IMG/VR virus record: IMGVR_UViG_3300032297_000501
Span: 1 to 57,346 of that record
Direction: 5' to 3' (one strand)
DNA: 57,346 nt
Origin: a virus
Taxonomy: Duplodnaviria > Caudoviricetes
Below, piece after piece: positions 48,024-56,387 of this stretch. The notes below the pieces were generated by a model. That model was not told the origin of the DNA and ran no database searches. It saw nothing but the letters and a program-made list of their open reading frames with translations. The position numbers and the translations under genes were made by a program. Each line of letters opens with the position of its first letter. Positions within the stretch are counted from its first letter, which is position 1.

Positions 48024-48701
48024 ATGTCGTTTGATACAACCGTTAAGACAGCAAGTGATATTAATCTTGCAATGGCTCGTGTATATAATAACATGTTCTT
48101 TGCTGTGCTAACCAGTATGGTAGTAAGTTACTTTGTTGGCACATCACAAGAGCTACTACAATTTTTCTTCACGGGATTTATTAAGTGGATTGTAATTTTT
48201 GCACCGCTTGCATTTATCTTTGCTGTGCCAATTTTGCTCAACGCAGGTATTGGCCGTACAGGCAAGCAACTAGTACTGCATAGTTTTGCGGCACTAATGG
48301 GACTTAGTTTTGCTATCATTTTTGCTGTATACACAATGGGTAGTATCTTTAGTGCATTTATGGGTGCAGCCGTACTTTTTGGTACTATGAGCTTCTATGG
48401 CTACTTTACTAAAAAGGATCTTAACAGCATGGGAAGATTCATGTTTGTCGGACTAATTGCTATCATTATTGCTAGTATTATCAATATCTTTATTGGTAGT
48501 ACATTGTTCTCAATGGTGATCAGCGCACTAGCAATCATTATTTTCCTAGGACTAACTGCTTACGATACACAAAAGATTCGTGAGCAGATCATGTACGGCA
48601 ACTTTGACGACAGTGCCGAAATTTCAGGTGCGCTAACGCTGTACTTGGATTTCATTAACATCTTTTTATCATTGTTAAATCTGTTTGGTGACAGGAAGTA
48701 A
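48024..48701 (+). CDS. Bax inhibitor-1/YccA family membrane protein
   Basis: About seven TM helices; TKKDL, GLTAYDTQKI, GALTLYLDFINIF. Confidence 0.92.
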   Translation: MSFDTTVKTASDINLAMARVYNNMFFAVLTSMVVSYFVGTSQELLQFFFTGFIKWIVIFAPLAFIFAVPILLNAGIGRTGKQLVLHSFAALMGLSFAIIFAVYTMGSIFSAFMGAAVLFGTMSFYGYFTKKDLNSMGRFMFVGLIAIIIASIINIFIGSTLFSMVISALAIIIFLGLTAYDTQKIREQIMYGNFDDSAEISGALTLYLDFINIFLSLLNLFGDRK

Positions 48702-48702
48702 C

Positions 48703-48879
48703 ATGAACGATACACCCAAAAGTGCTGATGACAAAGCAGTGGTTCCTCAACCTGAAATAGTTGATCGTGCTACTGCTGATCGTCTAAATAACTACGCACA
48801 GAGTCTAGATGAACCTATTACTCATGTAGTAGATTACGGTGGTCTAGTTGATGGATCTAATAAAAAGAAAAAGCAATGA
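48703..48879 (+). CDS. Hypothetical protein (likely start ATG 48703)
   Basis: Fills the gap; AGGA upstream; ATGA overlap with the next gene. Confidence 0.5.
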   Translation: MNDTPKSADDKAVVPQPEIVDRATADRLNNYAQSLDEPITHVVDYGGLVDGSNKKKKQ

Positions 48880-49955
48880 AAATCTTTTTAGTTGAATTGG
48901 AACCAGTTGAAACACGCTATACTGCACAGTGGAAGCAATTCCTGCCTGAGCAGATGCGAGCTGCCGGGCTTAATGTTGAAGTAATTGAAGGACCGAGTGA
49001 TGCGCCTCAGGATACTACTCCTGGGGCCTTCCTCAACTTTAGTGGCACTAACTATTGGAAAAGTGAACAGCTAAAAACTATTGCACAACTGTTCGCAGAC
49101 GGTAAAGTACAAGATGGCGATTACTTTTTGTACACCGATGCGTGGAACCCCACAGTACTACAACTCAAGTATATGAGCGAACTGTTAGGTGTTAAGGTAC
49201 GTATTGGTGGTATGTGGCATGCCGGTAGTTATGATCCTGCTGACTTCTTAGGGCGTCTAATTGGTAATGCACCTTGGGTACGTCATGCAGAGATGAGCAT
49301 GTACGAATGCTTTGACGATAACTTCTTTGCTACACAGTTTCACTTAGACCTGTTCCTTAATACATTTTGGAATGATGACAGAGATATTGATAGACAACTG
49401 CTACATAAAGTTCATCGTGTAGGTTGGCCTATGGAATATCTTGTTGGCAAGTTAAACGGATACAAGAACTTAACTAAAAAGAATCTTATTCTTTTCCCGC
49501 ATAGAATTGCGCCCGAGAAACAACTAGATATTTTTGAAGACTTAGCCAAACACCTACCACAGTATGACTTTGTGGTATGTCAGAATAAGAAACTAACCAA
49601 GCACGAATATCATACACTGTTAGGTCAGTCAAAGATGGTGTTTAGTGCTAACTTACAAGAAACACTTGGTATAAGTTGGTATGAAGGAATCGCAGTAGAT
49701 GCAATACCTATGGTACCAGATAGACTAAGTTATAGTGAAATGGCGCTTAATGAATTTAAGTATCCCAGTGACTGGACAATAAGCTATGAGTCGTATCTAC
49801 GACACAGAGAACAGGTTGTACAACATGTTGATTATTTAATGACAAATTATGATAACTTGAAACCAGTTATCCAAGAACAACGTAAAAAACTAGCAGATGA
49901 TTTCTTTAGTGGTAACGCACTTTATGATGTCGTCAGGAGAAACAATAATGGCTAA
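48876..49955 (+). CDS. GT-B fold glycosyltransferase
   Basis: FPHRIAPEKQ, SANLQETLGISWYEG, PMVPDRLSYSEM (ExxGxxxxE-type signature). Confidence 0.75.
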   Translation: MKIFLVELEPVETRYTAQWKQFLPEQMRAAGLNVEVIEGPSDAPQDTTPGAFLNFSGTNYWKSEQLKTIAQLFADGKVQDGDYFLYTDAWNPTVLQLKYMSELLGVKVRIGGMWHAGSYDPADFLGRLIGNAPWVRHAEMSMYECFDDNFFATQFHLDLFLNTFWNDDRDIDRQLLHKVHRVGWPMEYLVGKLNGYKNLTKKNLILFPHRIAPEKQLDIFEDLAKHLPQYDFVVCQNKKLTKHEYHTLLGQSKMVFSANLQETLGISWYEGIAVDAIPMVPDRLSYSEMALNEFKYPSDWTISYESYLRHREQVVQHVDYLMTNYDNLKPVIQEQRKKLADDFFSGNALYDVVRRNNNG

Positions 49956-50925
49956 AGATATACAAAAAACAGTACTTGTTACAGGTGGTAGCGGATTCGT
50001 AGGAGGCATGGTATGTCGCTTACTTGTTGCTGCCGGACATAACGTTATTAACATCGATAAAAAGAAGAAAGATATTGACGGTGTAACTCAATATCCGTTT
50101 GATATCGATAATCACCAACTTAAAGGTGTTATTCAATTAACAAGGCCGGACACCATTATGCACTTTGCTGCCGAACATGAAGTTGGCCGTAGCATGATTG
50201 AACCTGGCAAATACTACTGGAACAATGTTGCTAATACCATTGCACTTCTTAATCATGCGGTTGGCGCAGGTGTAAAAAACTTTGTGTTTAGTAGCAGTAG
50301 TAGCGTATATGGTATGATCGATACATTCCCTACTCCAGAGACAACTGACCGCGATCCTGCATCGCCATATGGCAGAACGAAAAAGATGGTAGAAGATATC
50401 CTAATCGACTATTATCGCGCATACGGGCTTAATTTCGCTGCACTACGTTATTTTAATGCCGCAGGGGCCGACCCTGAACTAAAGCATGGTTACACACAAG
50501 AGCCTGCTAGTCATCTTATCCCGATCTTAGCAAGAGCAGCAATTACTGGTGACACAGTCAATGTGTACGGTAATGATTATGTTACTAAGGACGGTACAGC
50601 AGAGCGTGATTATACACACGTTTTTGATATTGCAACTGCACATTTATCTGCTATGCATTATCTAGAAGATGGTGGTACCTCGGGAGCATTTAATATTGGC
50701 GCTGGTACGACATCTAGCGTATTAGAAGTTATTAATACATTTAATCGTGTCAATCAGACTAGCATCGAATATAATATTACTGATCGAAGACCAGGTGACC
50801 CTAAGCAAACATTTGCAGATATCACAAAGGCAAAAAGTTCGTTTGGTTGGGAGCCGGTATATAAATTAGAAGATATTGTTAAACACGCCTATGAATGGGA
50901 AAAGAAAGTACAGAAGGTAAAGTGA
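49948..50925 (+). CDS. galE: UDP-glucose 4-epimerase (likely start ATG 49948)
   Basis: VTGGSGFVG, HFAA...VG.S, FSSS, YGRTK (YxxxK), LRYFNAAGA, DGTAERDY.HV, RRPGDP; AGGAG RBS before 49948. Confidence 0.92.
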   Translation: MAKDIQKTVLVTGGSGFVGGMVCRLLVAAGHNVINIDKKKKDIDGVTQYPFDIDNHQLKGVIQLTRPDTIMHFAAEHEVGRSMIEPGKYYWNNVANTIALLNHAVGAGVKNFVFSSSSSVYGMIDTFPTPETTDRDPASPYGRTKKMVEDILIDYYRAYGLNFAALRYFNAAGADPELKHGYTQEPASHLIPILARAAITGDTVNVYGNDYVTKDGTAERDYTHVFDIATAHLSAMHYLEDGGTSGAFNIGAGTTSSVLEVINTFNRVNQTSIEYNITDRRPGDPKQTFADITKAKSSFGWEPVYKLEDIVKHAYEWEKKVQKVK

Positions 50926-50926
50926 T

Positions 50927-51109
50927 ATGGTAAAAGAAGTTAAAGGTGGTACATTTGCTCAAACTGATATTCCTGTAATCAAGCGAGCAATACAATTATA
51001 CGTTACAGAAATTCAGCGCATCGAAGGATACAGTGATCGTGAACCACATCCTGATCTTAGCATAGCTGCAAATCTTTTACACAGATTAGGACGTATCAGC
51101 GATGCCTAA
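50927..51109 (+). CDS. Hypothetical protein
   Basis: 60 aa ORF in the operon. Confidence 0.6.
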   Translation: MVKEVKGGTFAQTDIPVIKRAIQLYVTEIQRIEGYSDREPHPDLSIAANLLHRLGRISDA

Positions 51110-51566
51110 ATACGAATATTTGTCGCACAAGGATATGGATAGCTACTATGCAGAAGTTATTCGTGCTATGACAGTTGATAAATTTAAACCTGATGTAGTT
51201 TTCGCACCAATGCGCGGAGGGGCCGACTTTGGTATTAAACTAAGCAACTACTATAATATTCCGTTTGAATCAATTCAATGGCAGACACGGGATGGGTCAA
51301 TTAAAGATACAACTCAACTAATTGAGATGTATACAAAATATAATGGAAAAAATATTCTAATTGTTGATGATATCTGTGATAGCGGAGAAACCCTTAAAGG
51401 AATCGAAGCAGCATCTGGATACCGCAGAACTAATATTAGATTTGCAGTTGCTATCGAAAATATCGAATGTGGATTCGCGTGTGATTATTCGTCCAGAGAA
51501 ATTAGTCGCACAGAAGATACACAATGGTTTATTTTTCCTTGGGAAGATTGGTGGCGTAGAAATTGA
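51102..51566 (+). CDS. Type I phosphoribosyltransferase (xanthine/guanine PRT-like)
   Basis: MRGG, ILIVDDICDSGETL PRPP-binding loop, WFIFPWE. Confidence 0.88.
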   Translation: MPKYEYLSHKDMDSYYAEVIRAMTVDKFKPDVVFAPMRGGADFGIKLSNYYNIPFESIQWQTRDGSIKDTTQLIEMYTKYNGKNILIVDDICDSGETLKGIEAASGYRRTNIRFAVAIENIECGFACDYSSREISRTEDTQWFIFPWEDWWRRN

Positions 51567-51607
51567 CAAAAAAATGCACAGTAAAACAATACTTTGCCTA
51601 AATAACA

Positions 51608-51636
51608 TTGACAAATAAACAATTTGTCTGTATAAT
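51608..51636 (+). promoter_or_regulatory. Sigma70-type promoter for folE (perfect consensus)
   Basis: TTGACA-17 bp-TATAAT; a late-like CTAAATA lies just upstream at 51598. Confidence 0.8.
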
Positions 51637-51643
51637 AAAACAA

Positions 51644-51670
51644 ATAGACATCCTCGTCTATAACTCGGAG
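51644..51670 (+). promoter_or_regulatory. Structured folE leader (hairpin, possible pseudoknot)
   Basis: ATAGAC-ATCCTC-GTCTAT hairpin followed by AACTCGGAG containing the RBS. Confidence 0.4.
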
Positions 51671-51678
51671 ATTTTAAC

Positions 51679-52491
51679 TTGACACAAAAATTTAAATTAG
51701 ACGCTACTATGACCGGTGATTCACGTACACCGTTTACAGCAGATGAATACAAAAACATAGCTAAGGCAGGTGATGATATGAGCGACAAGGGGTACGAAGA
51801 AGAAAAGTACCTAGGCAATTATCTTCGTGCTAAAATGAAACGTGATAATAAGCGTTTCTGGGCAGGCGATAACATTAGTGATTACGTTACAGAAGAACAA
51901 AAAAATCAGCTTATCGACGAAGCTACAGAAGCATTTGAACTAGTTCTTGATCGATTGCTCATCGATCGTGAAACCGACCCAAACAGTAACGGTACAGCAA
52001 GACGTCTTGCTAAAATGTACTTTAATGAAATTATGGCAGGAAGATATGACCCAGCACCAGACGCAACAGCATTTCCAAATGACTCGCAGGACCGTTACGA
52101 AGGTATGCTTGTTGTTCGCAGTGAGCTTCGCAGTATGTGTAGCCATCATCACCAACCCGTTACTGGCGTTGCTTATATTGGCATTATTGCTGCCGAAAAG
52201 CTCATTGGACTTAGCAAGTACACACGAATCGCACAGTGGTGTGCTAGACGCGGAACTCTCCAGGAGGAACTTGCTAATGACATTGCTCGGGAGATCGAAA
52301 AAGCTACAGGAGCCAAAGACTTAGGTGTTTACATTCAAGCCGTACATGGGTGCTGTGAGAATCGTGGTATTATGGCACATAGTAGTCTAACACAAACAAC
52401 TGTTCTAAAAGGTGCGTTTAAGAATGATCCAGGAACTAAGAAAGAGTTTTTCGATAACATTAAACTACAACAGGAATTTGCGCCACGATGA
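51679..52491 (+). CDS. folE: GTP cyclohydrolase I
   Basis: TARRLAKMY, SMCSHH, IGLSKY.R, LQEEL, HGC...RG, TT...G.F; TTG start with GGAG RBS. Confidence 0.93.
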   Translation: MTQKFKLDATMTGDSRTPFTADEYKNIAKAGDDMSDKGYEEEKYLGNYLRAKMKRDNKRFWAGDNISDYVTEEQKNQLIDEATEAFELVLDRLLIDRETDPNSNGTARRLAKMYFNEIMAGRYDPAPDATAFPNDSQDRYEGMLVVRSELRSMCSHHHQPVTGVAYIGIIAAEKLIGLSKYTRIAQWCARRGTLQEELANDIAREIEKATGAKDLGVYIQAVHGCCENRGIMAHSSLTQTTVLKGAFKNDPGTKKEFFDNIKLQQEFAPR

Positions 52492-52718
52492 CAATGTATA
52501 AATCATATGACCGCATAGCTATTGTTGAATGTATTGATAATAACAAAACAGTTCAAGCAGATGTAATAACATTTGTTGAGGGTAAGTATCTAACAGTTTC
52601 TTTGAATACAGTTAAAGTTAATCTTCAATATAACAGCAAGTACAATAATTACATTGGTGCAATGGGCGGATTAGAATTCCAAAGCACAGGACCAAAGATA
52701 TTGGGGCATCATCGATGA
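52488..52718 (+). CDS. Hypothetical protein
   Basis: 76 aa ORF with ATGA overlaps on both sides. Confidence 0.7.
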   Translation: MTMYKSYDRIAIVECIDNNKTVQADVITFVEGKYLTVSLNTVKVNLQYNSKYNNYIGAMGGLEFQSTGPKILGHHR

Positions 52719-53254
52719 TTAAAACTAAAGGGCCTCGCAATATTCATGTTATTGCAAGAAATAGTGTTCCCGTATCAGACATTTGTGATTGTGTTGCTGA
52801 ACACAAGACATTGGAGTGGATTACAAACAGATACCTCATTTCTGAAGATGAAGTGTTTGAGTGTTTAGATACATACGTTGATCTGTTTGAAAAGAAGCCG
52901 TACATGCTTAAACTAAGTTGTATTGCTGATCCAAAAGGTTCTGACATTTATGGAATAGAAACTTCAGAAATCAATGATAAGATGTATTTTAGCATTTTAA
53001 CATATGGTAGACTGTTTTTTGATATTAAATCATTACAAGAGATGTTTACATATGCTCTTAACCTAGTTATTATTGAAGCTATACTTGATCTTAAAGAAAA
53101 TATTGTAGTTGACGAAGATAGTATGCATGGTGTAGTATTAAATGCATTTAAGCAGAGCTACGGTGATGTTGACCAAACAAATATTGATCATGTTTTAACA
53201 CAGCTAGATCATAACGCACTTATGAGAATGATGAAAAATGGAAAAACCAATTAA
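52715..53254 (+). CDS. Hypothetical protein with a DUF433-like N-terminus
   Basis: VPVSDI...V......EWI...Y.ISEDEV.ECL.Y pattern. Confidence 0.5.
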   Translation: MIKTKGPRNIHVIARNSVPVSDICDCVAEHKTLEWITNRYLISEDEVFECLDTYVDLFEKKPYMLKLSCIADPKGSDIYGIETSEINDKMYFSILTYGRLFFDIKSLQEMFTYALNLVIIEAILDLKENIVVDEDSMHGVVLNAFKQSYGDVDQTNIDHVLTQLDHNALMRMMKNGKTN

Positions 53255-54128
53255 ATATAGCGAACTCTTTTACAGCGCACAAGGTGAAGGGAAATACGTA
53301 GGTATACCTAGTCTTTGGTTACGTTTCTTTCTTTGCAATCTTCAGTGTAATGGATTCGGCCAATGCAACCCAACTGACCCAAGCACTTACGAGTTGCCTT
53401 ATGAGACTATTGATATCAGTGATATTACTCGTGTAGAGGACTTGCCTGTTTTTGATAAGGGTTGCGATAGCAGTTACACTTGGAGTAAGCGTTATAGTCA
53501 TCTTATTACAGAACGTACTGTAAAAGAAACAGTTGATAATCTAACAGCACTATTACCAAACGGGACCTTTCAACATCCTAAGAGTTCTCAATGGGCACAC
53601 ATGGTGTTTACTGGTGGTGAGCCTATGCTCAAGAAGTCGCAGGAAGGCATTGTTGCTATCCTTAACGAATTTGGCCGTAGAGATAATATGCCTAAAAATA
53701 TCACAATAGAGACCAACGGCACTCAACCAATCACGCCCGAACTAGAACAATTTATTACTGAATACTTTTGGAAGCATGGTGGCGATTGGTATTGGAGTAT
53801 TAGTCCTAAACTCTGGAGTACAGCAGGCGAGAAGCATAAGAGAGCCATACAACCCGAAGTGGTAGCACAGTATGCAAATGTTTCACGTCATGGTCAGTTG
53901 AAGTTTGTTGTCAATGGCAGTAAAGAAAGCTGGCAGGAAGTAGAAGAAAATACTAAGTTATTCCGAGAAGCTGGATGCAACTTCCCTGTGTGGATCATGG
54001 GCGTTGGTGGCACACTCGAAGGCTTAAAGATTACTGAAGCAATGATTGCTGACGAAGCAATTCAACGTGGATACAATTACACAAGTCGAGTACACGTACA
54101 CATTTATGGTAATGCAATTGGAAAGTAA
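53238..54128 (+). CDS. queE: 7-carboxy-7-deazaguanine synthase (radical SAM)
   Basis: ELFYSAQGEG.YVG.PS.WLR...CNLQC, then an insertion and CDS; FTGGEPM, IETNGT, SISPK, KFVV, RVH. Confidence 0.88.
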   Translation: MEKPIKYSELFYSAQGEGKYVGIPSLWLRFFLCNLQCNGFGQCNPTDPSTYELPYETIDISDITRVEDLPVFDKGCDSSYTWSKRYSHLITERTVKETVDNLTALLPNGTFQHPKSSQWAHMVFTGGEPMLKKSQEGIVAILNEFGRRDNMPKNITIETNGTQPITPELEQFITEYFWKHGGDWYWSISPKLWSTAGEKHKRAIQPEVVAQYANVSRHGQLKFVVNGSKESWQEVEENTKLFREAGCNFPVWIMGVGGTLEGLKITEAMIADEAIQRGYNYTSRVHVHIYGNAIGK

Positions 54129-54693
54129 AAAATTTCTTGTTGTAGATAATATATTTTCAGATAAGGTTTTAAAAATCTTAGAACCTTATGCTAAATTATT
54201 GCCTACTGATAAAAGTAGTTACAGTGCATGGCCAGATAAGTCTACTAACAATAAAACTGCACCTGAGTGTTTTACTTGCGATATAACAGGAAAAGATAGA
54301 TTATTGATAATCGAAGAGTTATATAATAATCCTATCCTTCCTTGTTATCAAAAGAACTGGCTTAAAAGCAGTGACATTGCAATTCAAAAAATACCTATAA
54401 CCGGTTTTATACCTAAACATAGTGATTACTGTTTGTTTAGTCTTACTGTATTTCTTTCAGGTTGCGAAGGGGGAGAATTTTGTTGGTGGGACGAAAACAA
54501 TACTAGTTATTTGATTGAACCTTATATCAATAGAGGAATCATTAATAGTTATTGCGAAAATTTTAGTCGAGGTGCAAGCCATAAAGTATTACCTGTACAA
54601 AGCGGCACAAGATTTACACTTCAACTATTTGTATTTGATAAAGTTTTAAATACTCAACAAGGTGCTATAATAGAGGACGATACAAATGAATAA
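54112..54693 (+). CDS. 2OG-Fe(II) oxygenase (likely start ATG 54112)
   Basis: IPKHSD (HxD), TVFL, GGEF, HKVLPV..GTRFTLQLF. Confidence 0.8.
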   Translation: MQLESKKFLVVDNIFSDKVLKILEPYAKLLPTDKSSYSAWPDKSTNNKTAPECFTCDITGKDRLLIIEELYNNPILPCYQKNWLKSSDIAIQKIPITGFIPKHSDYCLFSLTVFLSGCEGGEFCWWDENNTSYLIEPYINRGIINSYCENFSRGASHKVLPVQSGTRFTLQLFVFDKVLNTQQGAIIEDDTNE

Positions 54694-55180
54694 AAAACTA
54701 CCATTTTGGATGCTACCAGCTAGCTGGGGTCTTAAAGGCAAAACACGGGCGGTAGCTGAAGCTGAGTACATGTTTGAAGGCAAAGAGCTAGAAGAAAAAC
54801 TAGCTGAAATTAATGCTGATACTCCTGAAGATAAGGAAATAGCTGTACTTGCTATTAAACTTAAGCATGAAGAAATTAGTCAAGCGGCACACGATAAAGC
54901 TGTTGCAACTATCCGCAAAGAGCCTTGGGTGAATGTTGTTAAGATGGGAGTAAACCCAACTAATGTTGCGGCTGGATTCTTTGAGTTAGACTGGAATGAT
55001 GAGTTCATTGCTATGCTACATGAAAATGCATATGTAGGTCAGAGCGATGAAGAAGTTGTTAACAAGTGGTTCAATGATGTTTGTCGAACAGTTCTTATCC
55101 AAGAGAAGGCTGACCAGGACTACGGCTTAGAGCAAACGGAGCGTGAAGATGTCGAAATTAGAAGAGACAGCAAGGAATAA
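54686..55180 (+). CDS. Hypothetical conserved phage protein
   Basis: 164 aa; EPWVNV, GFFELDWNDEFI..L, VVNKWF..VCR; GAGG RBS. Confidence 0.75.
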   Translation: MNKKLPFWMLPASWGLKGKTRAVAEAEYMFEGKELEEKLAEINADTPEDKEIAVLAIKLKHEEISQAAHDKAVATIRKEPWVNVVKMGVNPTNVAAGFFELDWNDEFIAMLHENAYVGQSDEEVVNKWFNDVCRTVLIQEKADQDYGLEQTEREDVEIRRDSKE

Positions 55181-55382
55181 ACTGGGCACACTAATGGCCG
55201 CGGTGCAGCCTATTATTGATCAACATATTTTAGAAATGGATACAAAGGAGGTAGATTATATCTTGACAAACTACCGAAAGTATCTTAAAATAAACTTAGA
55301 AAGAGACTTTGAGAAGGCACGAGTTTCTAAACTAACAGCAAGTCCTTTTGACGATATATTGAACGGTGGATTAAATGGCTAA
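55149..55382 (+). CDS. Hypothetical protein
   Basis: About 77 aa ORF overlapping both neighbours. Confidence 0.55.
   Translation: MSKLEETARNKLGTLMAAVQPIIDQHILEMDTKEVDYILTNYRKYLKINLERDFEKARVSKLTASPFDDILNGGLNG
55263..55291 (+). promoter_or_regulatory. Sigma70-type promoter inside a coding region, upstream of rnh
   Basis: TTGACA-17 bp-TAAAAT. Confidence 0.5.
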
Positions 55383-56385
55383 TTATATTCTAGTAGACAG
55401 TCTAAACATGTTTTTTCGTGCAAAGCACGTGGGTGGCGGTAAGGACATTGACATGCGTGTAGGCATGGCTATGCATATCATGTTTAACAGTGTACGCAAG
55501 GCATGGCGCGACTTTAATGGTGACCATGTTGTGTTCTGTTTAGAAGGTCGTAGCTGGCGCAAAGACTTTTATCCTCCGTACAAAGCTAATCGCAAAGTTC
55601 TTGCAGACAAGAGAACACCACGCGAAATTGAAGACGACGAACTCTTCTTTGAAGCATATGATAATATGGTTAATTTCTTTAACGACAAGACTAATTGCAG
55701 TGTTATTCGATGCCCTAATGCTGAAGCAGATGATCTTATTGCTACTTGGATTCAAACTCATCCAGACGATAATCATATTATCGTTAGCACAGACAGTGAC
55801 TTCTACCAGTTACTAGCTAACAACGTGAAGCAGTATAACGGTACTACAGAACAGATTGTTAGCTTAGACGGGTTCTTTGATGCTAAGACTGGCAAACAGG
55901 TTGTAGATAAGAAAACAGGTAAGCCTAAGGTAGTTGAAGATCCTGCGTTTATCCTTTTTGAGAAGTGTGTACGTGGTGATCCCACTGACAATGTGTTTAG
56001 TGCTTTTCCTGGTGCGCGACTAAAGGGCAGTAAGAACAAGACTGGTATCACTGAAGCATACGAAGATCGCGAACGTGGCGGATATAATTTTAACAACTTC
56101 ATGCTACAGCGTTGGGTTGACCACGAAGAAGTTGAACACCGTGTACGTGATGATTTTGATCGTAATCGTGTGCTCATTGATCTTACTGCACAGCCCGACG
56201 ACATTAAAGACGCTTGTCGCGCAGTTGTACGTGATGCAGTTAACAAACCGCATGTTGGACAAGTTGGTATTCATTTTATGAAATTCTGTTCTAAATGGAA
56301 TATGCAGCGACTAAGCGATAGTGCAGGTGACTTTGCTGAAATTCTAGGTAAAGGAATTACTGAAAGCAAAATGGTCGAAGCTTAA
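55375..56385 (+). CDS. rnh: T4 RNase H-like 5'-3' exonuclease (FEN family)
   Basis: ILVDSLNMFFR, SWRKDFYPPYKANR, EADDLIA, STDSDFYQL, GDPTDNV, NRVLIDL. Confidence 0.92.
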   Translation: MANYILVDSLNMFFRAKHVGGGKDIDMRVGMAMHIMFNSVRKAWRDFNGDHVVFCLEGRSWRKDFYPPYKANRKVLADKRTPREIEDDELFFEAYDNMVNFFNDKTNCSVIRCPNAEADDLIATWIQTHPDDNHIIVSTDSDFYQLLANNVKQYNGTTEQIVSLDGFFDAKTGKQVVDKKTGKPKVVEDPAFILFEKCVRGDPTDNVFSAFPGARLKGSKNKTGITEAYEDRERGGYNFNNFMLQRWVDHEEVEHRVRDDFDRNRVLIDLTAQPDDIKDACRAVVRDAVNKPHVGQVGIHFMKFCSKWNMQRLSDSAGDFAEILGKGITESKMVEA

Positions 56386-56387
56386 GA

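Noticed and set aside
51644-51670. Assignment to a known preQ1-I or THF-II riboswitch
   Set aside because: It lacks the recognisable consensus of either class; kept only as an unclassified candidate.
51357-51818. Minus-strand 153 aa ORF and plus-strand 85 aa ORF spanning the PRTase-folE gap
   Set aside because: They overlap well-supported genes and a consensus promoter and show no motifs.
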